Source of the DNA: Verrucomicrobiia bacterium
Lineage (GTDB): Bacteria; Verrucomicrobiota; Verrucomicrobiia; Limisphaerales; Palsa-1400
NCBI GenBank assembly: GCA_036268455.1
Contig: DATAUD010000026.1
Coordinates: 12,407-76,406, forward strand
Direction of reading: 5' to 3'
Length of the DNA: 64,000 nt
The position numbers and the translations under genes were made by a program. Under the pieces are notes generated by a model that was not told where the DNA came from, searched no databases, and saw only the letters and a list, made by a program, of their open reading frames with translations. Shown in pieces: positions 42,001 to 49,870 of the stretch; position 1 is the first letter of the stretch; each line of letters opens with the position of its first letter.

Positions 42001-42355
42001 TTCCGTAGCCGGAGAACGTAAGTTGCACGATCGTACCAGGGACGAGCGACAACTGCGCGGGCTGGCTGTTTGTCGAATCGCCCGTGGACGATGTAACGAC
42101 GACCGTGTAATATCCAGCCTGGGTGTTAGTGGCGTCGTCCAGCGTCAGCGTCGAATCCGTCGCGCCAGGAATAGCGGTGGACCCGAACATCCATTGATAA
42201 GTCGCGGCATTCTGGGCTACGACGGAGAAATTCGCCGTGGAAGCATTGTTGATGGTTATGCTTTGGGGTTGAGAAGTAATGACTGGAGTTTGGGCGCTTG
42301 CGCCAAACGCAACGGCCAGACAACAGACGAAAACCCCCTTTAAATTCGCTTTCAT
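39056..42355 (-). CDS. 1099-aa secreted multidomain protein: Ig-like repeat, cyclophilin-type PPIase domain, multiple divergent InlB-B-repeat/Ig-like modules
   Basis: Signal peptide MKANLKGVFVCCLAVAFGASAQ at the internal ATG 42355. The cyclophilin core is VQLFDHDKPATVQNFL...GFVLQGGD...GTIAMAKS...NTFFFNL...GGFTVFGRI. GPGKxS...GW repeats follow. Confidence 0.8.
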   Translation of the reverse strand: MKANLKGVFVCCLAVAFGASAQTPVITSQPQSITINNASTANFSVVAQNAATYQWMFGSTAIPGATDSTLTLDDATNTQAGYYTVVVTSSTGDSTNSQPAQLSLVPGTIVQLTFSGYGTGGASNVVVQLFDHDKPATVQNFLHYINIEAYTNIFWSRLVPGFVLQGGDYATVTRTNSAPFSAYSVYNSYTTDLGFVPPFPFEIDNEYGVGPQINNTFGTIAMAKSAGNPDSAANTFFFNLADNSTNLDNQNGGFTVFGRILSGTNVLDYFNTFSASTVNDRVDYADTNGILNYGGALSDLPVNYHGIASPADSNLFYITFAFLTFPVIDTTPPTISLVYPANGATVTNADVIVAGTAADDTGLARVQASITGTNINAGEPLSGNANGTINWSFDSGNLAPGAYSLDIVSQDGAGNLSSHEGSDFVVPQFPFGTYANGPGKVSPSLTQANTKVGSKYVVRAIPSAGAIFVGWTFGTNLSFSPTYSFTMPNGGQLTANFVPNTLPGGISFTYPKANAKLTTNSVTLTGTIKPTAGVTTVSCQFFSKNTGDAVTGPMVTSSSGAWSIPAAQLSPGSYIVQAIATNSAGKTTAISEDFTVLTPLSITVSGPGKTSLTNGEYLVSGTSYSIKATPNPGDLFYAWTNGGGMSLNPSINFTMTNGVAFTAIFISNTLAKDISFTYPPANSKVTADHFMLTGNISASVVNPQVTCQIFSNGIPVNLAQVATINGTTWSVPVSLPQGTYTALAYAFDSSGRQTLASESFKVSFFANIAGTYYGIFFPTNIATDNSGYFKLTLNASGYLSGTLQFPLRSYTITYPVNPSGTTGWLAGEGFDGPYGPDVYFDVIFDLTNGTDTVTGYVYWDGTYANLTGYRGVTTLPTNTAAGKYILNFDTVTNLLGSGPTNDGYATLSVSKTGTMTIGGTLADNSTFSRTTGVSKDGIWPIYAPLYGGGGMILGWETNVIGTTPGSAGSVGTLVWIKPKIKGTYYTNALGILASSTGTNYITPVNGSQYQVVFEGGTINPSLDNILTVKAGQFVPAAGAPDKLKISLSAAGVITGTIYNPADKKTLPIRGSFINPSVGGSGFVLDTDGGADQFQILLAQ

Positions 42356-42460
42356 CGCGCCGAGTGTCGCCTCAATCCGGTCAAATTCAAGGGAAAAAAA
42401 GAGTTTTTGGTGTTCGAGTCCGAACATTGCGATTTCCAATCGCGGTTGTAATTTATTCGC

Positions 42461-42673
42461 GTGGGTGAGCCTAAAACAATCAAGTGCCCCACCTGTAAAA
42501 AGGCGGGGAATTGGCTTGCGGGACCGTACGGGCCGTTTTGCTCGAAGCGGTGCAAGCTGGTCGATTTGGGAAAATGGCTCGGTGAAGAAAATGTCATTTC
42601 TGAACCGTTGCGCCCGGATCATTTTCAGCCTTTCGAGAACCTGCCTGATGGCGAAGATCCGGACAGAGCCTGA
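42461..42673 (+). CDS. yacG: DNA gyrase inhibitor YacG (zinc finger)
   Basis: IKCPTCKK....W....GPFCSKRCKLVDLGKWLGEE is collinear with E. coli YacG. The ORF starts at GTG. Confidence 0.75.
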   Translation: MGEPKTIKCPTCKKAGNWLAGPYGPFCSKRCKLVDLGKWLGEENVISEPLRPDHFQPFENLPDGEDPDRA

Positions 42674-42744
42674 CATCCACAGCCGTTCAATGTATGTCCT
42701 AACGGCTTGTTTTTTCTGATAAAGGGCCATACGTTTTCATCGGC

Positions 42745-43398
42745 ATGAAAAATTTCCGTTTACAGGCGGCGTCCGGCGCTCTCGTGCTGCTGGCTGCCGT
42801 AGCGGCAAGCTGTCTCGCTTTTCCAATTGCTATGAACGCTGAATCTGGTCCGACCAACGCCCCGGCAACATTGCAAACCGCTACTTTCGGCGGCGGCTGT
42901 TTTTGGTGCGCCGAAGCCGTGTTCCAACGAATTCCGGGCGTTAAATCCGTCGTCTCCGGTTTTGCCGGCGGCACCACCGCAAATCCGTCCTACGAGGAAG
43001 TCTGCACCGGAACGACTGGGCACGCGGAGGTGATTCAGATTCAATTTGATCCCGCCGTCATTTCCTACGACAAGCTCCTGGAGATTTTTTGGGAAGCCCA
43101 CGACCCCACCACGCTCAATCGCCAGGGCAACGACGCCGGCACGCAATACCGCTCGATTATACTTTACAGCGATGACGCGCAAAAACGCGCCGCGGAAAAA
43201 TCCAAGGCCGAAGCCGCCACCCATTTCTCTTCGCCGATTGTGACGCAAATAGTTCCGCTGACGAAATTTTATTCCGCCGAGAACTATCATCAGAACTATT
43301 ACAATGAACATTCGCACCAGGAATATTGCGAGTTTGTCATCCGGCCCAAACTTCGAAAGTTGATCGAGAAAGGCGTCATTCCGGGCGATCAAAAATAG
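42745..43398 (+). CDS. msrA: peptide-methionine (S)-S-oxide reductase MsrA, with signal peptide
   Basis: ATFGGGCFWCAEAVF and GHAEVIQIQFDP. Confidence 0.9.
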   Translation: MKNFRLQAASGALVLLAAVAASCLAFPIAMNAESGPTNAPATLQTATFGGGCFWCAEAVFQRIPGVKSVVSGFAGGTTANPSYEEVCTGTTGHAEVIQIQFDPAVISYDKLLEIFWEAHDPTTLNRQGNDAGTQYRSIILYSDDAQKRAAEKSKAEAATHFSSPIVTQIVPLTKFYSAENYHQNYYNEHSHQEYCEFVIRPKLRKLIEKGVIPGDQK

Positions 43399-43461
43399 CG
43401 CCTCGTCCAAACTCCTTGCCCTGCGGGGAACGTTTCCGCAGAATCCAGCGCTCTATCTAGT

Positions 43462-46167
43462 ATGCGGCGACAATATCCGTTTCATTTGATCGAACCGAAG
43501 TGGCGGCATTTCTGGGACGCCCAGAAAACGTTTCGCGCGTGGAATCCCGGCGAAGCGATCCCCGAAGCGCATCCGTTCGCGGTTCGCCACGGGTTGAACG
43601 GGAAAGTGGATGCAAAAGGACTGCCGCCGAAATTCTACATTCTTGACATGTTCCCCTACCCCTCCGGCGCGGGCCTGCACGTGGGGCATCCAGAGGGTTA
43701 CACGGCGACCGATATCCTCGCCCGTTACCGCCGCGCCCGCGGCTGCAACGTTCTGCACCCGATGGGCTGGGACGCCTTCGGACTCCCCGCTGAACAATAT
43801 GCCATTCGCACCGGCCAGCACCCGCGCAAAACGACGGAAGAAAATATCGCCGTCTTCAAACGGCAAATCCAATCGCTTGGTTTCAGCTACGATTGGTCCC
43901 GGGAAATCGACACGACCGACCCGCATTATTTTAAATGGACGCAATGGATTTTTCTAAAGCTCTATAATTCCTGGTTCAACCCGGCAACGGGCAAGGCGGA
44001 ACCCATCGATTCCCTTCCAACTCCGGGCGAAGGCGCAAATTCTCCGGAAGCATTGCGCGAATACCGCGATAGCCGCCGACTCGCGTACGTCACTGAGGCG
44101 CCGGTCTGGTGGTGCGAGGAATTGGGCACCGTCCTTGCGAATGAGGAAGTCATCGACGGCAAGAGCGAGGTGGGGGGCTTCCCGGTCGTGCGCCGTCCGA
44201 TGCGCCAGTGGATGCTTCGCATCACCGCCTACGCGGACCGCCTTTTGCAAGGGCTGGAGCAGATCGACTGGAGCGAATCTCTCAAGGAGATGCAGCGAAA
44301 TTGGATTGGGCGCAGCGAAGGAGCGGAAGTCGTTTTTCCGCTGGCGGAGGGCGGCCAGGCGATCACTGTTTTTACCACCCGACCCGACACGTTGTTCGGC
44401 GCGACTTACATGGTTCTTTCGCCGGAGCACAAGCTTGTCGAAACGATCACGACGGAAGCGCAGAGGGCGGCCGTATCCGCCTATAAAACCGAGGTTGCGC
44501 GGAAAAGTGATTTGGAACGCACGGAATTGTCCCGCGAAAAAACCGGCGTCTTCACTGGCGCTTATGCCGTCAATCCCGTCAATAACGAAAAAATTCCGAT
44601 CTGGATTGCGGATTACGTGCTGGCCACTTACGGAACGGGCGCGATCATGGCGGTCCCCGCGCACGACGCGCGCGATTTCGAGTTCGCCCGCAAGTTTGAC
44701 CTTCCGATGCGGCTCGTTGTCGAGGCGCCCGGCGGACAGGAATCGATCGGTTTTTTGGGCGACGGGACCAGCGTGAATTCTGATTTTCTTTCCGGTTTGC
44801 CAACGCCCGAGGCAAAAAAGAAAATTGCATCGTGGCTGGAAGAGAAAGGCAAAGGGCGCAAGACGGTCAATTATAAGTTGCGCGACTGGCTCTTCAGCCG
44901 GCAGCGCTATTGGGGCGAGCCATTCCCAATTCTTTGGAGGCGGGAAGAAGGCGGCCCGCCGCGTCACGAGGCGCTGGACGAATCCAAATTGCCGCTGCAA
45001 CCGCCGGCATTAAGCGATTTCAAACCCACTTCCACTGGCGAGCCTCCCTTGGCCCGCGCTTCCGAATGGGTGAACCTGCCGGACGGCTCCGTTCGCGAAA
45101 CCAACACGATGCCGCAGTGGGCGGGGAGTTGTTGGTACTATCTGCGTTTTACGGACACGCGGAATGACGCGCGCTTTTGCGGCAGCGAGGCTGAGGCCTA
45201 TTGGATGGGAACCGGTCCCGGCGGTGCGGGTGTGCGGCCCGGGGTTGATCTCTACGTCGGCGGCATCGAGCACGCGGTTTTGCACCTGCTTTACGCCCGT
45301 TTTTGGCACAACGTGCTCTTTGACCTCGGTTACGTCTCGACGTCCGAACCGTTCTACAAATTGGTCAACCAGGGATTGATCCTCGGCGAGGACGGGCAGA
45401 AAATGTCGAAATCGCGGGGCAACGTCGTCAATCCCGACGACATTCTGCGCGAGTATGGCGCGGATGCGTTCCGGCTCTACGAAATGTTTATGGGGCCGCT
45501 GGAAATGGTCAAACCGTGGAACACCAAAGGCGTGGAAGGCGTGTACCGCTTTTTGGGCCGCGTTTGGCGATTGTTCGTCGATGAAGAGAGCGAAACGGAG
45601 TTCGAACAGGCGCAAACCGCGTCGGGTCAGAACGACGTTAATGCGTTGGGGCGCATACGATTGGGCGCGTCTGTCCGAAGCACATCGCCAACGCGTGTCC
45701 AGCTTAAGGCTCTCCACTCGTGCATCAAGAAAGTCACGGAAGACCTGGAGGGCTTCCGTTTCAATACGGCTATTTCCGCGCTGATGATATTTGTCAATGA
45801 GGCGATAACCTGGGAGACCAAGCCGGTCGCTATTTTGCGCGATTTCCTGATTTTGCTTCAACCCTTTGCCCCGCATCTGGCCGAGGAACTTCACGCCAAA
45901 TTGCGCGATCCAAACGCAACGGATGGGACCATAGCATATGAACAATGGCCGAAATACGACACAGCGCTCCTGATCGAAGAAACGGCTGAAATGCCTGTGC
46001 AAGTCAACGGCAAGCTGCGCGACAAAATTGTGGTGGCGGCGAAAGCAACGCAGGCCGAGATCAAGGCCAGCGCGCTGGCGGCGGAGAAAATCCAAGCCTT
46101 TATCCAGGGCAAAACGATTAAGAAAGTCATTGTCGTACCCGGTCGTCTTGTCAATATTGTGGTTTGA
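43462..46167 (+). CDS. leuS: leucine-tRNA ligase
   Basis: The 901-aa ORF has HVGH (HIGH-type) and KMSKS motifs. Confidence 0.95.
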   Translation: MRRQYPFHLIEPKWRHFWDAQKTFRAWNPGEAIPEAHPFAVRHGLNGKVDAKGLPPKFYILDMFPYPSGAGLHVGHPEGYTATDILARYRRARGCNVLHPMGWDAFGLPAEQYAIRTGQHPRKTTEENIAVFKRQIQSLGFSYDWSREIDTTDPHYFKWTQWIFLKLYNSWFNPATGKAEPIDSLPTPGEGANSPEALREYRDSRRLAYVTEAPVWWCEELGTVLANEEVIDGKSEVGGFPVVRRPMRQWMLRITAYADRLLQGLEQIDWSESLKEMQRNWIGRSEGAEVVFPLAEGGQAITVFTTRPDTLFGATYMVLSPEHKLVETITTEAQRAAVSAYKTEVARKSDLERTELSREKTGVFTGAYAVNPVNNEKIPIWIADYVLATYGTGAIMAVPAHDARDFEFARKFDLPMRLVVEAPGGQESIGFLGDGTSVNSDFLSGLPTPEAKKKIASWLEEKGKGRKTVNYKLRDWLFSRQRYWGEPFPILWRREEGGPPRHEALDESKLPLQPPALSDFKPTSTGEPPLARASEWVNLPDGSVRETNTMPQWAGSCWYYLRFTDTRNDARFCGSEAEAYWMGTGPGGAGVRPGVDLYVGGIEHAVLHLLYARFWHNVLFDLGYVSTSEPFYKLVNQGLILGEDGQKMSKSRGNVVNPDDILREYGADAFRLYEMFMGPLEMVKPWNTKGVEGVYRFLGRVWRLFVDEESETEFEQAQTASGQNDVNALGRIRLGASVRSTSPTRVQLKALHSCIKKVTEDLEGFRFNTAISALMIFVNEAITWETKPVAILRDFLILLQPFAPHLAEELHAKLRDPNATDGTIAYEQWPKYDTALLIEETAEMPVQVNGKLRDKIVVAAKATQAEIKASALAAEKIQAFIQGKTIKKVIVVPGRLVNIVV

Positions 46168-46173
46168 TTTATA

Positions 46174-46305
46174 ATGAATTATCTGACAAAACAGGAACAG
46201 CTTATGCTTTGTCTCATACTTGCATTGGTGTTAATGGGTTGGGCGGTAAAAACGTATAGAATGGCCCATCTGCCCGCGCCAGCAATTGTCCGGCATACAA
46301 CCTGA
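46174..46305 (+). CDS. 43-aa single-pass membrane peptide (not in ORF track)
   Basis: Own translation gives MNYLTKQEQLMLCLILALVLMGWAVKTYRMAHLPAPAIVRHTT. It stops 1 nt before the next ATG. Confidence 0.35.
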   Translation: MNYLTKQEQLMLCLILALVLMGWAVKTYRMAHLPAPAIVRHTT

Positions 46306-46306
46306 T

Positions 46307-46744
46307 ATGCAGCCAGCGAGTTTTGAAGAAGCGGTAAAAAAAATAGCGGAGGCCGACCCCCGTTATCCGATGGACGCCTATTGTTTCGTGCAAGAAGCGT
46401 TACAGCACACTCAACGGGCTTTGGGGCGGCACAAAACCGAGGATAAACACGTTGGCGGCAAGGAGTTGCTGGCGGGCATCCGGGAATATGCCCTGAACTG
46501 CTTTGGGCCGATGGTTCTTACCGTTTTTGCGGAATGGGGCATTCATAGTTGTGAGGATTTCGGTGAAATTGTGTTCAACATGGTCGAACATCATCTATAC
46601 GCAAAGACCGCAGCCGACAGCCGCAAGGATTTTTCCGGCGTTTATGATTTTGACGAGGTTTTCGGGAAGCCGTTCCGTCCTTCCAAACCAATTGGGCCAT
46701 CCCAAAAACGGGACAAGGCCGGGGCCGGCGTAAAGCCGGAGTAG
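46307..46744 (+). CDS. conserved hypothetical protein (resembles the PVC-restricted Minf_1886-type family, from memory)
   Basis: YPMDAYCFVQEALQHT....HVGGKELLAGIREYAL..FG....V...WGI....DFGEIVFNMV. I used ATG 46307 because the track start is TTG. Confidence 0.65.
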   Translation: MQPASFEEAVKKIAEADPRYPMDAYCFVQEALQHTQRALGRHKTEDKHVGGKELLAGIREYALNCFGPMVLTVFAEWGIHSCEDFGEIVFNMVEHHLYAKTAADSRKDFSGVYDFDEVFGKPFRPSKPIGPSQKRDKAGAGVKPE

Positions 46745-46800
46745 AGCGTTTCTGAAAAACCGCTGGCGAGGCACTTCGACCCGCGTTAATCTATCCCCTT

Positions 46801-47046
46801 GTGAAACCGAAGTCGGTCCGCCTTTTTATCAAACCCTGGTGTGGATGGTGCCACGAAGCCGAAGACTGGCTCGAGGAGCGCGGCATCGCGTACGAGACGC
46901 TCGACGTCTCCGCTGAACCCGCCGCCCGCAACGAAATGCGCGAATTGTCCGGCCAGGGCATGGCGCCGGTGATCGATGTGGATGGCGAGATTCTGGCTGA
47001 CTTTGACACCGGCCAACTGGCAGCATTCTGGAAGCGATTTGAATGA
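46801..47046 (+). CDS. glutaredoxin-family small thiol protein (CGWC)
   Basis: The 81-aa ORF has KPWCGWCHEA and a ...GMAPVIDVDGE thioredoxin-fold layout. It starts at GTG. Confidence 0.7.
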   Translation: MKPKSVRLFIKPWCGWCHEAEDWLEERGIAYETLDVSAEPAARNEMRELSGQGMAPVIDVDGEILADFDTGQLAAFWKRFE

Positions 47047-47942
47047 GCGCCGCCTTGAAAAATGCCACCGCCCCTCCCCCGTCCCACCGCCGCCTGCCCG
47101 AATGGCTGCGCACACGATTGCCCACTTCGCAAAGTTTCGGGCGAACGCGCGCGTTGCTGGATGAGTTGAAATTGCACACGGTCTGCGAAAGCGCCAAGTG
47201 CCCGAACCATTGGGAATGCTGGAGCAAGGGCACGGCAACTTTCATGATTGCCGGGGATCATTGCACACGCGCCTGCGGCTTTTGCGCCGTGAGCACCGCC
47301 AAACCACTCGCCTTGGAGTCCGACGAACCTGCGCGCGTCGCCGAGGCTACACGACGCATGAATCTCAAGCACGTTGTCATCACCGCGGTGGCGCGCGACG
47401 ACCTGGCTGATGGCGGCGCGGAACATTTCCGGCAAACGATTGAACGCGTCCGCGACCTTAATCCCGGCATCGTCATTGAGGTCCTTGTTCCCGACTTTTT
47501 GGACCGCGAGGACTCTATCCGTTCGGTGCTGCGAGCGAATCCGCATATTTACAATCACAACCTTGAGACCGTCCGCCGCCTCACCCCCTCCGTGCGCCAT
47601 CGCGCCACTTACGACAGATCGCTCAGCGTGCTGCGCAAGGTCAAAGAGTGGCGCGGCGATTCCATTCATACGAAATCCGGCATAATGCTCGGGCTTGGTG
47701 AAACGGAGGCCGAACTTTTGCAAGCGATGGAAGACTTGCGCGGCGCCCGTTGCGACATTCTTACGCTAGGCCAATATTTGCAACCTACATTGCGGCACCT
47801 TCCGGTGGTGGAGTTTGTTGCGCCAGAGTCATTTGCGCATTACAAGGGATTGGCTGAGAAAATGGGATTCGTCCATGTCGCCAGCGGCCCGATGGTGCGC
47901 AGTTCCTACCACGCCGACGAATTCACGCCGCCGGTTTTTTAA
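47043..47942 (+). CDS. lipA: lipoyl synthase
   Basis: CESAKCPNHWECW and CTRACGFC radical-SAM motifs. An ATGA overlap joins it to the glutaredoxin-like gene. Confidence 0.9.
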   Translation: MSAALKNATAPPPSHRRLPEWLRTRLPTSQSFGRTRALLDELKLHTVCESAKCPNHWECWSKGTATFMIAGDHCTRACGFCAVSTAKPLALESDEPARVAEATRRMNLKHVVITAVARDDLADGGAEHFRQTIERVRDLNPGIVIEVLVPDFLDREDSIRSVLRANPHIYNHNLETVRRLTPSVRHRATYDRSLSVLRKVKEWRGDSIHTKSGIMLGLGETEAELLQAMEDLRGARCDILTLGQYLQPTLRHLPVVEFVAPESFAHYKGLAEKMGFVHVASGPMVRSSYHADEFTPPVF

Positions 47943-49101
47943 GCCCAAGGTCCTTTTCGTAGGCGTCCAACGTCTTGGGAGCGGAGGCGACTCCGGAATT
48001 CAATTCCTGGCGCAATCCGGCCAAACGGCGGTTCGCGACTTCCGCATGGCTGCTCTTCGGAAATTTTTCGATGATCCGCCTCAAGGCTTTCCTTGCGTTC
48101 TCCTCATCGCGGGCGACCTGAATGTGCAATGTCGCCAATAAATTGAGCCAGCGCGCAACGTGTTTTGACGTTTCGCCGGGAACGGAAATAAGTTGTTCAA
48201 TCTGGTCCACCGCCAGATCAAGCCGTTGAAACTGCTCGGCATAAAGGACCGCCAGTTTTTCGCGCGTTTCGGTATCGGTCGGATATTTTTCAAGCTGCCT
48301 GACGTACTGCGCGGCGGCATCATCCGGATCGAGGGCCGCAATCTCGCCGGGCGACGCGGTGGAAAGGCCAATGTTCTGTTCACCAGGGCGAACTTCAAAT
48401 TTGGCATTTTCTCGAAACTCTCGCGTGGCCGCGACATCCGCCAGTCGCGCAATCCGTTGTTCAGCAGCGTGGGAAAATTGGGAATCGGGATATGTCACTA
48501 CGATTCGTTCGAGCGCCGCGCGGGCCGCCTCGACATTGCGGCCAAATTGCAATTGCCAGTCAGCCAAAGTATGCAAGGCGGTGGCTGCCTGCTGCGGCGT
48601 CACGTCCGGCTGGCCGAGCAATTCGTTGATTGTCGCCTCCGCCGCGGGCACGTCATGCAGGTCTTCTGCCTGGATAGTCGCCAGTAACATCATACCTGGG
48701 ATGTCTCCGGGAAATTTTGCCAGTTGTTTGTAGATTTCCGAGATTGCCTCCTGATGCAAGCCTTTCATGCGTTTGGCGGTGGCGATGAAATAGAACGGCT
48801 TCGCGTCCGGCTCCTCACTTCCACCCGTAAAAATGCTGGTGAGCGGGGTGAGAATGAAGTCCGCGACGGTTGGTGTCCACATGAGGCCGACAATAACAGC
48901 CGGGAGCAAGGCAAAGAGCAGCACGCGGGGCTCGTGCAGGAAAATGACCAGCAGCATGAGCAGAGCAAGGATTCCTGTGGCGATCCACTTAATTATCAAC
49001 ATTCGCCTGTCGTCGCTGCGCGCAAACGAGCGGTAGCCGTAGCCGGCGAGGGCTGCCAGCACCAGAATGGCGCAAAGCGTATCGAATAAATGGCCCCACA
49101 T
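47923..49101 (-). CDS. membrane-anchored TPR-repeat protein
   Basis: Three N-terminal hydrophobic helices are followed by TPR-like helical repeats. Confidence 0.65.
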   Translation of the reverse strand: MWGHLFDTLCAILVLAALAGYGYRSFARSDDRRMLIIKWIATGILALLMLLVIFLHEPRVLLFALLPAVIVGLMWTPTVADFILTPLTSIFTGGSEEPDAKPFYFIATAKRMKGLHQEAISEIYKQLAKFPGDIPGMMLLATIQAEDLHDVPAAEATINELLGQPDVTPQQAATALHTLADWQLQFGRNVEAARAALERIVVTYPDSQFSHAAEQRIARLADVAATREFRENAKFEVRPGEQNIGLSTASPGEIAALDPDDAAAQYVRQLEKYPTDTETREKLAVLYAEQFQRLDLAVDQIEQLISVPGETSKHVARWLNLLATLHIQVARDEENARKALRRIIEKFPKSSHAEVANRRLAGLRQELNSGVASAPKTLDAYEKDLGLKKPAA

Positions 49102-49111
49102 AAGGGAGAAG

Positions 49112-49870
49112 TTATTCGTTTATATCAAACTTCAGCTCAGTCCGCAAATCCGTTTTATAGTCGCGAATATTCATCCTCTCCAACCGCCAGCGACCATTGA
49201 CCTTTTTGAAACTTCCCCCCTGCAAAGAAAATTCCTTAACAATCTGCCCGTTCGCATCGTAAGCCTTGGCGATCAGCAAACCGAAGGATTCCTGGTCAAT
49301 GAAAGATGTGACGCGGACAATTCCGCGCCCGCCGGGATTGCTGCTCTCCAAAACGTAACAAGCGCGCGTCAGCCGTGTTTGATTCGGCAAACGCTTCTGT
49401 TGCGGCCAGTGCAAAAACTCCAGCCCTAAGTCGTCCGGCGAAAAAGCGGAGCCGGCAAAGGGAGCGTCCGTGCTCGTCGCCGGCATTGCCGAGGGTTTGG
49501 GCAATTGGCCATCGGGGGTGGCGGCCTGCGAAAAAAGATACTGGTTCGGCCCGTTGGTGTTGTGAACTATGAGCAATAATTCAGCGTTGATGCCGGCGGC
49601 CGACGAAGTCTTGTACTCAGTTTCCCAAGTCGCCCCTTTCAGCGTGACGCGGCAGACGATGGGAACTCGCGTTACGTCTTTTCCGTGGCGGGTGATCAGA
49701 GTTCCGTGAATCTCGGAGTTTTCTTCCGGCTCGGCGGAGCGGATGCGTTCCGCCAGTTCCGCGCCGGACATCGTTGTCTCTGCCGCATGCGCAAAACGGG
49801 CGCCGAAAACCAAAGGCATGACCAGAATCGCAACGAGCTTTTGCGCCCGTAGTCTTAATCTCTTGATCAT
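49112..49870 (-). CDS. outer-membrane lipoprotein-sorting (LolA-like) protein
   Basis: Signal peptide MIKRLRLRAQKLVAILVMPLVFGARFAHA at ATG 49870, with an ATGA overlap to the lon stop. The C-terminus is ...NGRWRLERMNIRDYKTDLRTELKF. Confidence 0.55.
   Translation of the reverse strand: MIKRLRLRAQKLVAILVMPLVFGARFAHAAETTMSGAELAERIRSAEPEENSEIHGTLITRHGKDVTRVPIVCRVTLKGATWETEYKTSSAAGINAELLLIVHNTNGPNQYLFSQAATPDGQLPKPSAMPATSTDAPFAGSAFSPDDLGLEFLHWPQQKRLPNQTRLTRACYVLESSNPGGRGIVRVTSFIDQESFGLLIAKAYDANGQIVKEFSLQGGSFKKVNGRWRLERMNIRDYKTDLRTELKFDINE

Noticed and set aside
42356-42730. 125-codon N-terminal extension of the giant ORF (track start 42730).
   Set aside because: The extension has poor composition and no signal peptide. 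It overlaps a clearly recognisable yacG gene on the opposite strand (42461-42673). The internal Met at 42355 is followed by a textbook signal peptide.
43954-46095. Two long ORFs (348 and 361 aa) antisense to leuS.
   Set aside because: They are shadow frames of leuS with no recognisable motifs.
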